From: Geosiphon pyriformis uo1
Taxonomy: Eukaryota; Fungi; Glomeromycota
Assembly: GCA_016748015.1 (NCBI GenBank)
Contig: JAAOMT010000375.1
Coordinates: forward strand, 243,156 to 307,155
DNA length: 64,000 nt
Direction: 5' to 3'
Within the stretch, counting starts at the first letter, position 1; each line of letters starts with the position of its first letter. This document shows, one piece after another, positions 50,143-64,000 of the stretch. The notes beneath the pieces are model-generated. The model saw only the letters and a list, made by a program, of their open reading frames with translations. It ran no database searches and was not told where the DNA came from. Position numbers and translations under genes: made by a program.

Positions 50143-52224
50143 TTAAAATACGATAGCTGTTCTCTTTGATATCTTATTAAGGGAATTACGGCGAATACCT
50201 TCCGCTTCACCACTCCATAAGCCAGCCAAAATAATAAAATGGCAAAATAATAATAAGGTAGAACTTTCTGTTGTGGCTGGATATACATTCCAACAATATT
50301 CTATAGTTGCAATCAACATTAATCTGTAGTTATCAATTGATTGAATTTGGGGTTGTCAAATCAAATACTATGAGTTAGAAATTCAAAGAAGAGCAAAATG
50401 TCTGGACCAAAATTTAACCAAATTACCTAGAGAGTATAGGAATTTTGGTACAATGCCACAGAAGAAAGGGCAACCCGTGAAAATACCACGAATAGAATTG
50501 GTAATGTAATGTACGGGAAAAAACAATCCCAATAAAATTGCTAGATAACATCAAAGTCGTGACATCTAGTCAGGTTGAAAAGGAGGGATAAGGATTCAAT
50601 GGGATGATTCTTCAGTTGTTTCAGAATAATAATACAAAAAAAAAATCAAAGAGCTTACGATCAGGCGTGATAGAATGAACTTTTTCAAGTGATCGAAGAT
50701 GTGGAACAAAGCCATTTTTTAGAACGGCGAATACACCGTTTTCAGCACTATTGCCGACGAGAAATTAATGTTAGAAAAAACTGAGATTAAAGAGTAAGAA
50801 GTGAAATGTAAAAAAATAAAATATTTGTCTACTCACCGACACCATCGTCCAAATAAGAATGCTACCAAAACCCAAATGTGTCCGGCAATAAGAAATTTTG
50901 CTAATCCTTCACTAATAAAAGTATCGGGATCCAAAAATTTCCAGTTGACCGTCCATTTATAAATAAAAGTTCGAGAAAATTCAAAAGCACGAGAAAAATA
51001 AGAATATGGATTATTCAATAAAAATGGTAAAGCTATGGTTACCTGGATTGAAAAAAAGGTCAGTTTAAGAAATTCAAGTTCGGAAGAAGATATATATACG
51101 CTAATAATCGTTCCCTCACTTGAATTGAGATAATGAGCAAAAGATTGAAAAGCGTCTTCCATGCACCAACGGATTTAAATACGAGTAATCCGAAAGCGGG
51201 AAAGAAAAGTAAAACATTCATTTTTATCGATAACCCCAAACTTTGAAGATCCATAGATTCGAGAATGAATGAGTAATTGATACCAGAAAGCATTCCCAAA
51301 AACATAATATGTGAAAATAAAAAACCTATAAAACACGCAAGCCAACTTCCATCTTTGATTAATCATGCAAAAAATGCATACATATATAAATGCCATTGCA
51401 ACCGTATCGTTAAACAATCTCAACGCGTAGATGGAATGAAGCCTTTTTGACAAGCAAATAGTTATCAAAACATAAGGTCTTAACTGATAAAATAATTAGA
51501 GATGTCAAAATTCTTGATAGTAGAGATCTCATATTAGGAATAGTGCGAACAATCATTTCATCACGAACCTGCTCTGATTTACTGTAGATTCCAAATACAA
51601 TCAAAAGGGTGAACAAATACAAAGCAGCAAAAATATACTGGCCTGTACGGACATCTAACCCTCCTGATGTGATATAATATAATGCTGAGTAAACATATAA
51701 AAAACCCGCAGGATATCTACCAAAAGAGAAATTATAGGTGTGAATTTGAAAAATTAAAGTTCGTCAAGGGTAATTTCGGAAATATTTAAGATACTCTGTA
51801 TTTGAAAATAATATTGAAAATGAAGTGTAACAAACACTAATGGGCCAGTATCACCATTTATTTTCGTATAATCGCGTTCGCCCTGCAGATATCCCGAGAC
51901 TTCTTGCATGTAAGCACGCCAATCGATTTCAGTGTCTATTGTAATAAACTACCGTGATTAAAAGCCATGACTTTGTTTTATCGGAAGCTCAATAGATCTT
52001 TGGGAAAAGAAGTTCAAACATACCAAAGACTTACATGCCACATATTTTATTATTAAGAAATTCAAGAAAACCTCGCTAAAGAAAAGTAACCCTGCGGTAT
52101 ACCAAAAATAAGAAGGATCGAATAAAAGAGATCGAATTAGACTAAGGGTGGATTGCAAAGGGGACTTTTGTAAAGTAACTTTTCCATTAGAAGGTTCCTT
52201 TAGATTCTCAACCGAATTCAACAT
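50143..52224 (-). CDS. ALG3: Dol-P-Man:Man5GlcNAc2-PP-Dol alpha-1,3-mannosyltransferase (multi-exon; start codon approximate)
   Basis: [76 protein letters not shown] motifs in order across short GT-AG introns. Confidence 0.93.
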
Positions 52225-52416
52225 TTTAAAATTTAAAATGAAATTGAGCAGGTCATCAATATTCTCATTATGTATCAGCAACTGTATTAATCACGTGATA
52301 ATACAATCCTTATTAAACTTATCAAAAATTCGTAAATAGAGAATCGGCGATATATGTAAATTTTAGGAATTCCTTTGTAGGCGTGACTTATTTTCTCAAT
52401 GTATAATTCACGAAAT
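52225..52416. promoter_or_regulatory. Putative bidirectional promoter ALG3/UBC7 with palindromic TCACGTGA (52291-52298)
   Basis: Start codons are 192 bp apart, head to head; 8-bp E-box palindrome between them. Confidence 0.55.
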
Positions 52417-53328
52417 ATGGCGTCGACCGCCTTAAAGCGGTTGATGACTGAGTATAAAGGTAAGCTTTCTAATCATGGAATTGAAGAACCTTGAAATTTT
52501 CTGTGATTTCAAATATTTATAATCTATTACTCCTTATAATCCCTTTGATTCCAGAGCTTACGTTGAACGCCCCCGAAGGCATCACGGCTGGTATTTTCTG
52601 CTTAGTTTCAATCCTTGAAGAGTATTTCTGGTCTTTTCTCTGCATTTCACCTCCCAATTATTCATGCTCTATTGACAGGACCTATAACCGAAGACTCATT
52701 TTTTGAGTGGGAGGCTCTGATTGCGTATGTCGTTACTCTATTCTCCATTCTTAAACTTTTTTTCTATTATTCCTAATCTTTTTATCTTAGAGGTCCAGAA
52801 GGAACACCTTATGAAGGAGGTATATTCCCCGCTGTTTTGCGTTTCCCCACAGATTATCCTTTATCTCCACCTACAATGAAGTTCACCTGTGAAATGTTTC
52901 ATCCAAATGGTATTTTTTGGGAATCTCTTTTGAATTCATGCTCTAAAGCTCTTCAAAGTTTGAATGTTTTTTTATCTCATTTTGTGAAAAGTCTACCCTG
53001 ACGGATTAGTCTGTATATCAATCTTACATCCTCCCGGCGATGATCCAAACATGTATGAAAGTTCATCGGAACGTTGGTCGCCTGTCCAAAGTGTTGAAAA
53101 GATTTTGTTGAGTGTTGTTAGTATGCTGGCGGAACCAAATGATGAGAGTGGTGCCAATATCGAGGCTTGTGTATGTGTGGATTTTGGAACCTGATTGTTT
53201 TCATCATAAGGAATTACTATTAATAAAAATATACTGATTGCATTTTCAAACAGAAAATTTGGAGAACAGATCGTGACGGGTTCAACAAGATTGTAAGGAG
53301 TAACGTGAGAAAAACTCTGGGATTATAG
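52417..53328 (+). CDS. UBC7: Ubiquitin-conjugating enzyme E2 Ubc7/UBE2G2, 165 aa; exons 52417-52459, 52555-52590, 52679-52724, 52791-52909, 52992-53170, 53254-53328
   Basis: [75 protein letters not shown] (Ubc7 acidic loop); spliced length 498 nt. Confidence 0.97.
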
Positions 53329-54544
53329 ATTGTTGCTAACTGAACTTGGTATATACCGGTAAAATATGGAAGATGGAAACCAGGGGATAATAAACTGGGT
53401 AAGTTATTTAAATAGTTTCGAATGTTTTTTAGCCATTATCAGATTTGTTTGGTTGTAATTTGAACCGAGTCGCGGAATGAAATTACTATGTTAATTTTAC
53501 TGTTATGTATTCCACACATTAATAAAATTTTGTTGGGATCGTTATCCTTTTGTGTTGATAAGATATTTAGCTCACAATTTGCCAATTGATTTGGAAGGTA
53601 GAATTTCAAAGGGTCAAGTCGATAAATCAATATATTGCCCAATCGCCTTTTCGGCGTTGATACAAATCATTTTGAAATTAGAATAGGGTTTCAATTTTAC
53701 TTTTATTTATATTTTCATCTGACTTGACCAAAAATGCGGAATTGCTTCAGTATGATTCGCAAAGACTGAGAATATGTAATGTTATTTTAATTTAAACAAT
53801 CACTAAAAAAATTCTCTGGTCTAAAATTAATGCCCCCTTCTTAAAAATATCTATCGAAAACTCAAAAAAATTTGTTCAACACCCAAAGAATGCTTTGGTG
53901 GTAAATAAAATCGAAAATCCAAAGCAATTTTGAAAATCGGTAAAAAGAGAAAAGAAAAAAGATAACAATAAACATCAATTTCAATTTCAAGTTGTCATTA
54001 TTTTGCTAAGTTATTTTTATTAGATTGTGTATATATTGTTTAAAAAATATATTGGCTTTTCACCAAATTGATAAATCAAAATTAAAAAAACAATAATTGT
54101 TACAAATTTTAAAAAACAAATATAAATTTTTTTTTTCAATTACCAAAAGTTTTAAAAATCTGAGATTTAAAAAGCTATAAATCATACTTATTTAAAAAGT
54201 TTTATATAAATAATAATTAAATTAGAAATTAGAAACAAACTAAGAACTCTAAAACTAAATGTGATTCAAGTGCTTTTTACATGTAATCAGTTACTTAAGC
54301 CAGTTCAGGTTATGCTATGTTAATGTAACAAAAAAAAACTTACTCAAAGCCAACATCTTTTGAATTACATCAAACAATTTAATATTATAAAAAATCAATC
54401 TAATCAGTTATTTGACTGTTTTTAAGAGATCAGTTTTAATATTATTAGGTTCATGCATTCAGTAAGACATTAAGTTAGAAAATGTATCATTATTAATGCT
54501 AATTAGAAAATTCAAATCACCAGATATGTTAACAATATTCATTG

Positions 54545-55699
54545 TTACTAGTAGAATTTTAGCTATTAATTAGCATAAAATTATCTTTATAATTTCTATT
54601 ATTAATTAACATATATTAATATTATTTCAATTATTACTTATTATTTAATCAAATTATTAAATATTACTATTTAATTAATAACTTGATTTGTACAATAGAA
54701 ATTAAAATGATCAAATTACACAATATTCTAAACTATATAATATTTAAAAATTTACCAAAATTTGTAAAAAATTTGCCAAAATAATAAATAAAATAATTAA
54801 TAGTTTATTGAAATAACTTGTAGCTTACTGAAATATATCTTTAGTTTGTTTAAATTATAGCAAAAAGAAAAGTTTAAGTTCATAAACTAATATTACAATA
54901 AAATATATATAAAAAAAGCTTTTCTTTTCAAAAAAATGTATCTTTCTTTAGAATTATTTTACTATAGATATCTTGTTTTAAATTTATCTTTATTAATATA
55001 ATTCAAAATAATATAATTTAAAAACCAATTCTTGAAATTAATTATACTTGACATTCTTCAAATCCTAACTAATGTTTTAAAATTGACTAGCTACCAATTT
55101 TAGTAATTTGTTAGTAACTTTAGGCCTGGTATTATCAGTAAAATTTTAGTTATTAACTAGCATAAAATTACTCTTATAATTTTTATTATTAATTAGTATA
55201 TATTAATATCATTTTAAATTACTACTTATTATTTAATTAAATTATCAAATATTACTATTTAATTAATAACCCAATTTATACAATAGAAAGTAGAATAATC
55301 AAATTACATAATACTCTAAACTATGTAATATTTAAGAATTTGCCAAAATAATAAATAATTTACCAAAATAGTTAATAGTTTATTGAAATAACTTGTATTT
55401 TATTAAAATATATCTTTAATTCATCAAAATTATAGCAAAGAAGAAAGTTCAAATTCATAGACTAGTACTACAACAAATTGTATAAAAAAAGAGCTTTTTT
55501 CTTTGAGGAAATATATTTTATCTTACTCAAAATCATCTTAATTTACATTAATTAGCTTTATAAAAAGTAATAAAAATCAAATACTTAAAAACCAAATTTC
55601 TTAACTATTTACACTTAAAATTTTCCAAAACTCAACTAATATTTTTGAAATTGATTAACTATTAATTTCAGTAATTTATTAGTAACTTCAGACCTGGAC
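54545..55699. repeat. Two diverged tandem copies of a ~575-bp AT-rich unit
   Basis: 54551.. matches 55138..; both copies end TTAGTAACTT(T/C)AG(G/A)CCTGG (55129, 55697). Confidence 0.8.
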
Positions 55700-57142
55700 C
55701 AGAAAATAATTCTCTTAACAAAATTTTATTTTTTTAACATTTTTTTTATTTTTTTTTCTTATTATAATCATTAAAGTAATCTATAAATGAAATTTTTGTA
55801 AAAAAATTGACTTTTACCACAAAGTAACTATACATTTTAGTAAACTTCTAAACAAGCAATTTCTGGAAAAAAGTTGATATTTACTACAATGTAACTATCC
55901 AAAATAACTGGCACAGAATTGATCATTTTACTTATAAGTTCAACAGTTTAAATTATAAGAAATAATTTGAAAATAAATTCAGTTATTAAAGATTTACTAG
56001 CTTCCAAAAAACGTAAATTCACAGTGAACAGACATTAACAACATTCAAAAAAAGAGACCCAAAACCTCCAGTAATATTTGGTACTCTTTTATAGAAATAA
56101 CACAGCAATAAAAACTTCAAAGTGGTGACTGCATTAAACATAACAACTTTAGAGTACTATCAATCAATTTATATTCACTGTAAACAACAATTTGAAATCT
56201 GAAAAAAAATTACAGTCTTTAAGAAAATATTTTTCTAATACATCAAAAATCGAATTAACAAATATTTTTTTGGAGACTACAATATTACAAAAATCAAACA
56301 AAATCTTCTTGAAAATATTATTTACTACTTAAATGAAGACTCGAAAAACATTAGTGCTGATAATTGTGTTACTTATTTTGAAGAACTTAATTATAATATT
56401 ATTATATTCTGCAAAGAAAAGTATCTTATAAACTCATAATTTATTCTTAAACTTGAGTTTGAATTTGAAACAAGCAGCAAAAATAAACAGAAAAATACAT
56501 GACCAATTCACATAATATCTAACATATCAAAGACAACCTTTCAATATTTGCAGATATCAGAACAAAAAACTAGTTCTAAATTACCATTTTCAATTACATT
56601 CTTTTTAGTTTTACTTACTCAAGCCCAAATTCACTATTCAACTGTTTTTTAAGACCAGAAAATTTTACATTACCAAAAAATCCAATATAACAGCCTAAAC
56701 AAATTTTTATTAATACCAATTTTTTTGATTTTCTAGCAGAAAACCAAAGCAATCACTTCAATAACAACAAAAACATTTCTGAATTCACAGAAAAAAAAAC
56801 TACTGAAAACAAAAACACAAAAGACATAACAACTACTTATATTGTAAAAATTACTAAATTCACAGAAAAAAATACTGACACCAGTCTATAAGAATGGCTT
56901 GACAAAATCCAAAAAGCAGAAAATGCAAATAAATGGAATGCAGCAAGAATGTTAAAAGCAATCTTATACTTTCTTTAAAAAACAACAGAAAAATGGTTTG
57001 AAAACTTGACTAAATCTTTTGAAAACTGGCAAGTATTCAAAGATGCTTTCTTAGAACAATTTACTGACAACAATATCTTTATTACTTTCTGAAATTGCTT
57101 TTGCAATATTAAACAAGAATCATTTGAAACTATTATGACCTA

Positions 57143-57749
57143 CAGAAAGTGTTCAAAAGTTTTCAAACAAACTTTGAAGTAATATTCTATATGTTTGAAT
57201 AATTAGAAAAACATAAGTTTATTATTAAATTAAGTTGGTTAATTATTTAATTACATGTTTTTTATTTTTTAAACATGCATGTATAATGTTTTTTCACAAT
57301 ATACATAATTAATTTTATTTATACTCATTTTTTTATAAAAATAAAATGTAATGCACATATAAGATTTTTTTGTCATTTTTATTAAAATAAAATAAAAGTA
57401 AAAAAAAGAATTAATGATTGCTCAATGTAATATTATATGCTTATTACAACAGTATAGCAAAAAATATTGTAATATTATTAACATAATTAATTGTAGCTTA
57501 ACAACAGTTTTAAATATAATAAAACAATTTAAAGAAACTAGTTCAATTAATTCAAGATCATATTTAGGACATCTATGATTATTTACTTACCAAAAATATT
57601 GTCAACTTAAATGTTTAGTAACACTTAATAAAAAAATTAAAAAAATTACTATAAAATTATAAATATGTTGTTTATTTTGTTTTATTTTATAAAAAAATAA
57701 ATATTATTGTTAAATAAAATCTTGTTTGGAAACTTTTAAACACTTTTTG
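57143..57749. mobile_element. Tc1/mariner-type MITE, ~28-bp TIRs, TA duplication
   Basis: TA|CAGAAAGTGTTCAAAAGTTTTCAAACAA ... TTGTTTGGAAACTTTTAAACACTTTTTG|TA; excision restores H gag IMTYLGRFNKL. Confidence 0.88.
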
Positions 57750-58097
57750 TATCTTGGGAGATTCAACAAACTTTTTTAACAAATTTGATAATTGAAAACC
57801 AATATTTATTACTCCAATACCCAGATTTTGGATCAGTTTATTGCAAGATTAAAAAACAAACTTATTAAGAAAGTTTGACTATATGCTCCAGAAAATTTAG
57901 CCACTACTATTTAATATGCTAAAGTCTATGAAATGACAATAAAAAAAGCTAATCATACCAAATTTGTAAATCTTGCAATTGGAAAAACCAGCTTAGCAGT
58001 TAAAGAGAAAATTGATTAATTAACAAAGAAAGTCAAAAATTATTTTACCAACCAACAACAACAGCAACAACAAAGATATTAGCCATTTTAATAATAC

Positions 58098-58952
58098 TAT
58101 TACTTATAGAAAAATACAAGAAAAAAAATAGAAAAAACAAATAAAAAAATAGACTAATAAAAAAATAAGACTTAGCAAGTAAGCACAATATTAGAAAATT
58201 ATAACATATTACTCAACAATAAGCATATTGTCAATAAATTATGGCACACTACTTAATAAGCATATTATCAGAAAAAATAAGACATATTGTTCAAAAAAAT
58301 ATGAGATTTAATATAACATAAATTATATATATAATAAAAGTATTAAAAGCAGAAAAAGTAATTCCAAGAAAATTCAATAGAGTTTATATTAATTTAGAAC
58401 AATATCTTTCTTTTAAAAGGTAGTTTTCTACAACTTAAAGTGAAATTATTCTTATATTAATAAAATTATACATTATCATTAAATTAATATTATTATTATT
58501 TGATTAAGAATATTAATTATTTTTACTATTATTAACATTCTATGTTGATAAAATCTAATACTTAATTACACTAAAACAATAGCTCTTGATTATAACTATT
58601 AACAGAATACTAATTTTTTATTTTTTTTTTATTTTTTTTATTTTCTTTTGTTTTATTTTTTTGTTGTTTACTAATTGATTAAAAGGAATTAAGTACATAA
58701 AAAACTTAAAAATAAGAATAGAAATTTAAAAATAGCTTATCAGAAAGACATGACTATCAGAATAAATTGGCTATTATACTAAAAAAAAATTCACAAAAGA
58801 AGCCATCAATTAAATCTCTGTTTATTATATAAAAGATTCAACCAAAATTTTCAGACTTCAAAACCTTCAAAAATTACCAACATCATCAACTATTGAGCAC
58901 CAAGTTACAGATTTGTTATTTGTTTTAATACTTCAAATAATCACTTATAACA
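58098..58952 (+). repeat. Solo LTR (C-like), TSD ATAC
   Basis: TATTAC...ATAACA ends, ATAC at 58094-58097 and 58953-58956, R/U5 homologous to A/C/E. Confidence 0.88.
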
Positions 58953-61900
58953 ATACAATTAAAATAACTACACATTATTACTAAACAACCAATTTTAAAG
59001 TTGTTATTATTGTGAAATTTCTGAACACTGAAAATAAGATTGCCAAAAAATACAATGAGATTAATAGCAAAGAAATAATTAATATTATTTTTAATCTTAA
59101 CAATTTTATTACCAATCTCTATTATCAGCTTATTATTTATCAAGACTCTAATATTAAAATAATTACTATCAATATGTTTTACAATCTATTCAATAATAGT
59201 ATCAACAATTATCTGTTTAACAATATTAAATACCTGCTTAAAAATTGATCCAACCAAACTAATTTACACCACAAAATTGGTTTTTTAACAATAATCAATC
59301 CAATCTTAACAATCAATTAATTTCCTGAAATCCGGCTTAGTAAAAGCTTATATATTATCACACTTAATCCAGTTATCTTACAATACCAGAAGAATTGAAT
59401 TTTTAACAAATTGTACTTTTTGAAAATAAAGCTACAGCACCAAAATTAAATCATTTTAACAATACTATCTTATCAGTTCAAATTGCCTAAAATGCTAATC
59501 TTTTAGATATATTTCTATTTGAATTTGAAATCAACAAATCATTATCTCTATTTAGTAATACAGCAGTTAATGAACAAAAAACAATTACAGTAATGTATAC
59601 CAAAGCTAAAATTGAAAAAAAACCAATTTGAGTAATCCTAAACAATTCATCTGCTGGTAGTATCATTACTTATCAATTAATGCAACAGCTTTAATGAACT
59701 GTTGACAAATTTGCCCAAATAGTTATTGTCATCATAAATGATATAAAAAAGATTTCAGTAAGAAAAATTAACAACTTCCTCTTTATTATTAATAAAATTG
59801 TTATTTTAATTAAAGTTTTTGTTATGAATGCATCCCAATATCAAGCTTTTATTGAAAACAATTGGCTTTTCAAAGCCAATACAAACTTAGACTGGAAAAC
59901 ACAAAAATTAAAAATTTTATATAAAAAACAATATACTTAAGTACCTATTATCTGTGATACTTTTAACAAACAATTTAAAAAAGCTCTAATATTTAAATTT
60001 AAAGAAAAGAAAAAAATACCAATTACCAAAACATACATGGCTTTTGAATTAACATCTAATTGGGCCAAAAAAACAGAGTAAAAAATCTTTGAAAAAACCA
60101 GAAAATGAAACATTGTTTGATATTTTACATTAAAACCTTAAAAACAACTATTTTATATCTTACTTAAATGTAAAGATTACAACAAAAAACTTTTATTAAT
60201 AAAAGCATGCATATTTTCAGAAAAAGAATATGAAACATGTATCTGCTATTTTGTAAAACATGCTATAAAAAACAATTTGAATATTCTAAATAAAGTGAAA
60301 AATAGAACAACATTTCTTGTCTTACATGTAAAAAAATACTATCAGAAAAATACAATTGGATTGATATTGTAATAAAAAAAGAAGTCTGTGATCAAATCTG
60401 TCAATATGTACTTTTAATTGCAGAAAAAGTAAAAAGAAAAACCTCTTTTGATGCAGCATATAACAGTGCTCTCAATAAACTTTACTATTATTTATATGAT
60501 ATTAAAATAATCTATAAACTGGTCATAATTTTAATTAATGAAGAAATCCAAAAAAATGTACACCAAATAAAAGAAGCAGAATATATTAAATATACAATAG
60601 AATTAACTGAATTTAATTATGAAGATAAAGTAAAAACATATTACCAGATTACAAGTTATGTTTATTTAACTAAAGAAGCTTAAATTTAATAATTAGAGCA
60701 AATAAACATTTAACTATATAAAGAATATACTATGTTTTATAATGACCAATAGTGTTCAGAATACTATGCAATTAGTATTTACCTGTTCAATAAAAACAAT
60801 AAATATAAAATCAAATTTGGAATATTTGAACCAAAAAAAGAAATTGTAACAACTCTAATATATTTCACTAAAAATCAGTCTGCCATATAACTTCAATTCT
60901 TTGACAACAATGAACAAAAAATAAGACCTAAAAAAGCCCACAAAATAGATGCTGGATATAATTTACAATATTCAGAAAAAGATACTTTGGTTTTTTAACA
61001 AAAATTCTTAATAAAAATCAACTTAAAAGTTGCTTTCAAAATCTTATCAGAAGCAATGATTTAAATTGCTTCCTGATTATTATTAGCAAGCAAAAAAATT
61101 AATGTTAAAAGAAGAATCATAAATGCAAGATATACTGAAGACATCACAATTTTGTTACAAAATAAAACTAATAAATTATTCAGAATTGAGCATGCTGAAA
61201 AAATTGCTTAAGCAATCTACCTATTCTTAATTAACATTTCAGAATTACAATCAGTTAACAACAGAGAACAATTAGGAAAAAGCAAAAGAGAAACCCAAGA
61301 TTTTGGTTCAATTAAATGATTTACAGTCTCAGTAAACATAGCTCTTAATGCACAAATTAAATTTTACTAGATTTTTCAACTTCCTTAATCAATTATTATT
61401 TTACTTTTTGAAGAATATTACAAAATCTATACTTGTTTAAAGTCTACTATTACTTAACAAATTTTTGAGTCAAATAAACAAATCTGTTTAAAGCATAAAA
61501 TTTTAATCTTAAATGGTTATATTTTAAAAGGAATAAAAAAATTTTGAGTTATATTTTACAATCTTAATAACTATCTTATTATTTTATTAAATAAATTAGA
61601 AATTAAAATCATACATAGCAACATCTTCCAAAATAAAACCTCTTAGATTGTTTCTAATTTCATTGAAATTGTGAAACATATCTTACTTTCAAATCCAAAT
61701 ATTACTTCTACTACTAAAAACTACTATATTTTGGAAGAAAAACTCTTTTAAATCAACATAAATCTCTTGAAATCCCAACAGCAAAGACAATTAAAACAGT
61801 TAATTGTCAAATATGCTAATATATTTGCCAAAAATAATAATAATTTTGAAAAAACTAATATTGTGTAGCATCAGATCTACATAGAAGATGCTTTACTAAA

Positions 61901-64000
61901 ATGTTAATAAGTCTACCAAGTTTTATCTGCTAGTTACCAATTTATCAGAAAAAAAAGTCAACAAATACTTAATAATAGTTTTATTTAACTATCAAAAAGC
62001 TTTTGGTTTTACCAATAGTTTTTGTAAAAAAAAAAATGGCAAAATCAGATTTTGTGTAAACTATCAATAACTGAATAGTATTATAATTAGAAATATCTAT
62101 TTACTACTAAAAATTGACAACATGCTAGATGCTTTAGAAAAAGCCAAGTTTTTTTCAACTTTAGACTTGAAAAGTAAATACTGGCAAGTTTAAATAAATT
62201 CCAAAAACCATCTCAAAACAGTATTTACTACTCAAAAAAAAAATTACGAATTCAATATAATGCTTTTTAAACTCTGTAATATACCAGCAATATTTCAAAG
62301 ACTTATAAATATTGTTTATAAAGAACTCTTATGGCAATCAGTAGTTATTTACTTAAACAATACTAATATATACTTTTCTAGTTTTAAAGTCTATTTGATT
62401 CATCTGTAAGAAGTTTTTTAATAATTACAAAAAGCAGAATTAAAATTGAACATTAAAAAGTATCATTTTGGAAAAACAAATTTGATTTTGCTTGAACATA
62501 TTGTCAGCAAAGATAGAATCCAATCCAATTCAAAAACAATTAGTGTTGTTAAAAATTTTCAAATTCTCTAAAATATTACAGAACTAAGAAAATTTATAAG
62601 ATTAGTCTTTTATTACCAAAAGTTCATCAAAAAATTCTCCAAAATTGCCAAACCACTCAATCATCTAATTAACAAAAATGTAAAATATCAATGAACATCA
62701 GTTTAATAACAAGCATTTGATACTCTTAAAGAAAAACTTATTATAATTCCAATTTTCACTTATTCAGATTTTAGTAAAAAGGTTTAATTAGTCACTAATG
62801 CTTCAATATAGTTTTTGGTATTATTCTATCATAATTGAATAATAACACTAATAAATAAGTAATTGTCTATATTAGTAAAACACTCAAACCAACTAAACTC
62901 AAATATAAATTTACTGAATTAGAAGCAGCAGTTATTATTTGAACTTTAAAATACTTTTAACAATATCTTCAAAATGTATTTCAATTTAATATTATTACAA
63001 ATAATATTAGCCTTAAATGGCTTAACAAAAAAAACTTTAAACTTAATACCAAACAATCTTGATGATCTGATTTTCTAGCAGACTACAAATATATTGTTTA
63101 TTACAAACCAGGCAAATTGTATACAAATGTAGATAGTCTCTCCAAAATGAGACAGGATTAGAATTAACACTAATAAACCATCAACCCAACAAAAATTAAC
63201 AAATAAAAATAGATCCCAAAAACTATAATAATATAAAAACTATTTGAAGACTTTCAAAATACCAGAAAATTGGTTTTTAGCCAAGAAATACCAATTACAA
63301 TACCAATCTAAACAATATTTTCTGTATCACAACAAAATTTATTATCAAACCACCAAAACTCAACAAATTTACTTAGATTAATTCAACAAAATAAAAAAAC
63401 AAGCTTATATAATATGTACACAGATTTTTTATCAAAACATCTAGAAAAAAACAATACAATACAAAGAACATTAAAACATTATTTTTGGTTTTACATATAT
63501 CAAAATATTTAATAGTATATAGAATTATATAATAGTTGTCAAAAAAAAGAAGGAACTCAACTTACTGAACTCTTAAATCTAATCAAAGTTGAACAATTTT
63601 TTGACAGAATAAGAATCAATTTAGTCAAACCACTACCTATTATCACTCAAGAAAACTGTTATATCACTATTACAATAGACTATTTTACTAAATAATCTAA
63701 AGTCAGAGTTATTTAATAAGCAGATACAAAATCAGTAGCAAATTTCATATATGAAAACATTATTTGTAAACACAAATATCCAATTGAACTTTTATCTAAC
63801 CAAAAAACATATTTTATAAACAACATAATACAAGAAATTTGTAAACAATTTAATGTTAAAAGACTTTTATTGTTATTTTATTACCTATATACAAATAGAC
63901 TTATAGAATGATTCAATTGAATATTATGTGAATTACTAGCCAAAGTTTTAACCAATTTTGAGTAGAAATAGGATATTTTTATTTTATTAGTATTACTAAC

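Larger units (their letters stand above)
55760..64000 (+). mobile_element. Heavily decayed Ty3/Gypsy element H (LTR end ~56076, PBS, gag, protease ~59590-59960, Cys domain, dUTPase ~60925-61315, RT-RNase H to 63161, integrase from 63209); runs off the right edge
   Basis: EWLDKIQKAENANKWNAARMLKAI, ILNNSSAGSIIT, KAHKIDAGYNLQY, FSTLDLKSKYWQV, NVDSLSKMRQD*, QFFDRIRINLV. The left boundary is uncertain. Confidence 0.85.

Overview
AT-rich fungal genomic DNA. Protein style and intron structure suggest Glomeromycotina, possibly Geosiphon-like (inference, not verified). About 85% of the window is decayed transposons around a ~5.6 kb island of three intact intron-containing housekeeping genes (14-3-3, ALG3, UBC7; 47.7-53.3 kb). 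The left 44.6 kb is one resolvable nest of Ty3/Gypsy LTR retrotransposons. An old host element D carries element C (into which B, and into B element A, inserted), full-length element E, solo LTR F (into which full-length element G inserted), a second solo LTR, and a polyadenylated ORF1-only retroposon. A further element H with a Tc1/mariner MITE and a solo LTR fills the right end. The main discovery is a shared, non-canonical three-ORF layout across several diverged LTR families. ORF1 has a probable GUG-initiated extension, then Gag, protease, a novel Cys-rich domain, dUTPase, a dUTPase-like repeat, RT and RNase H, and stops right after RNase H. The integrase is a separate ORF with its own start codon. 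A conserved ~220-aa ORF3 of unknown function sits in the env position. The LTRs share a hairpin with a palindromic TGATCA loop and covarying stem, like a retroviral dimerisation signal, and insertions have 4-bp NYRN target duplications. All reading was done by eye; boundaries in the most decayed parts are approximate.
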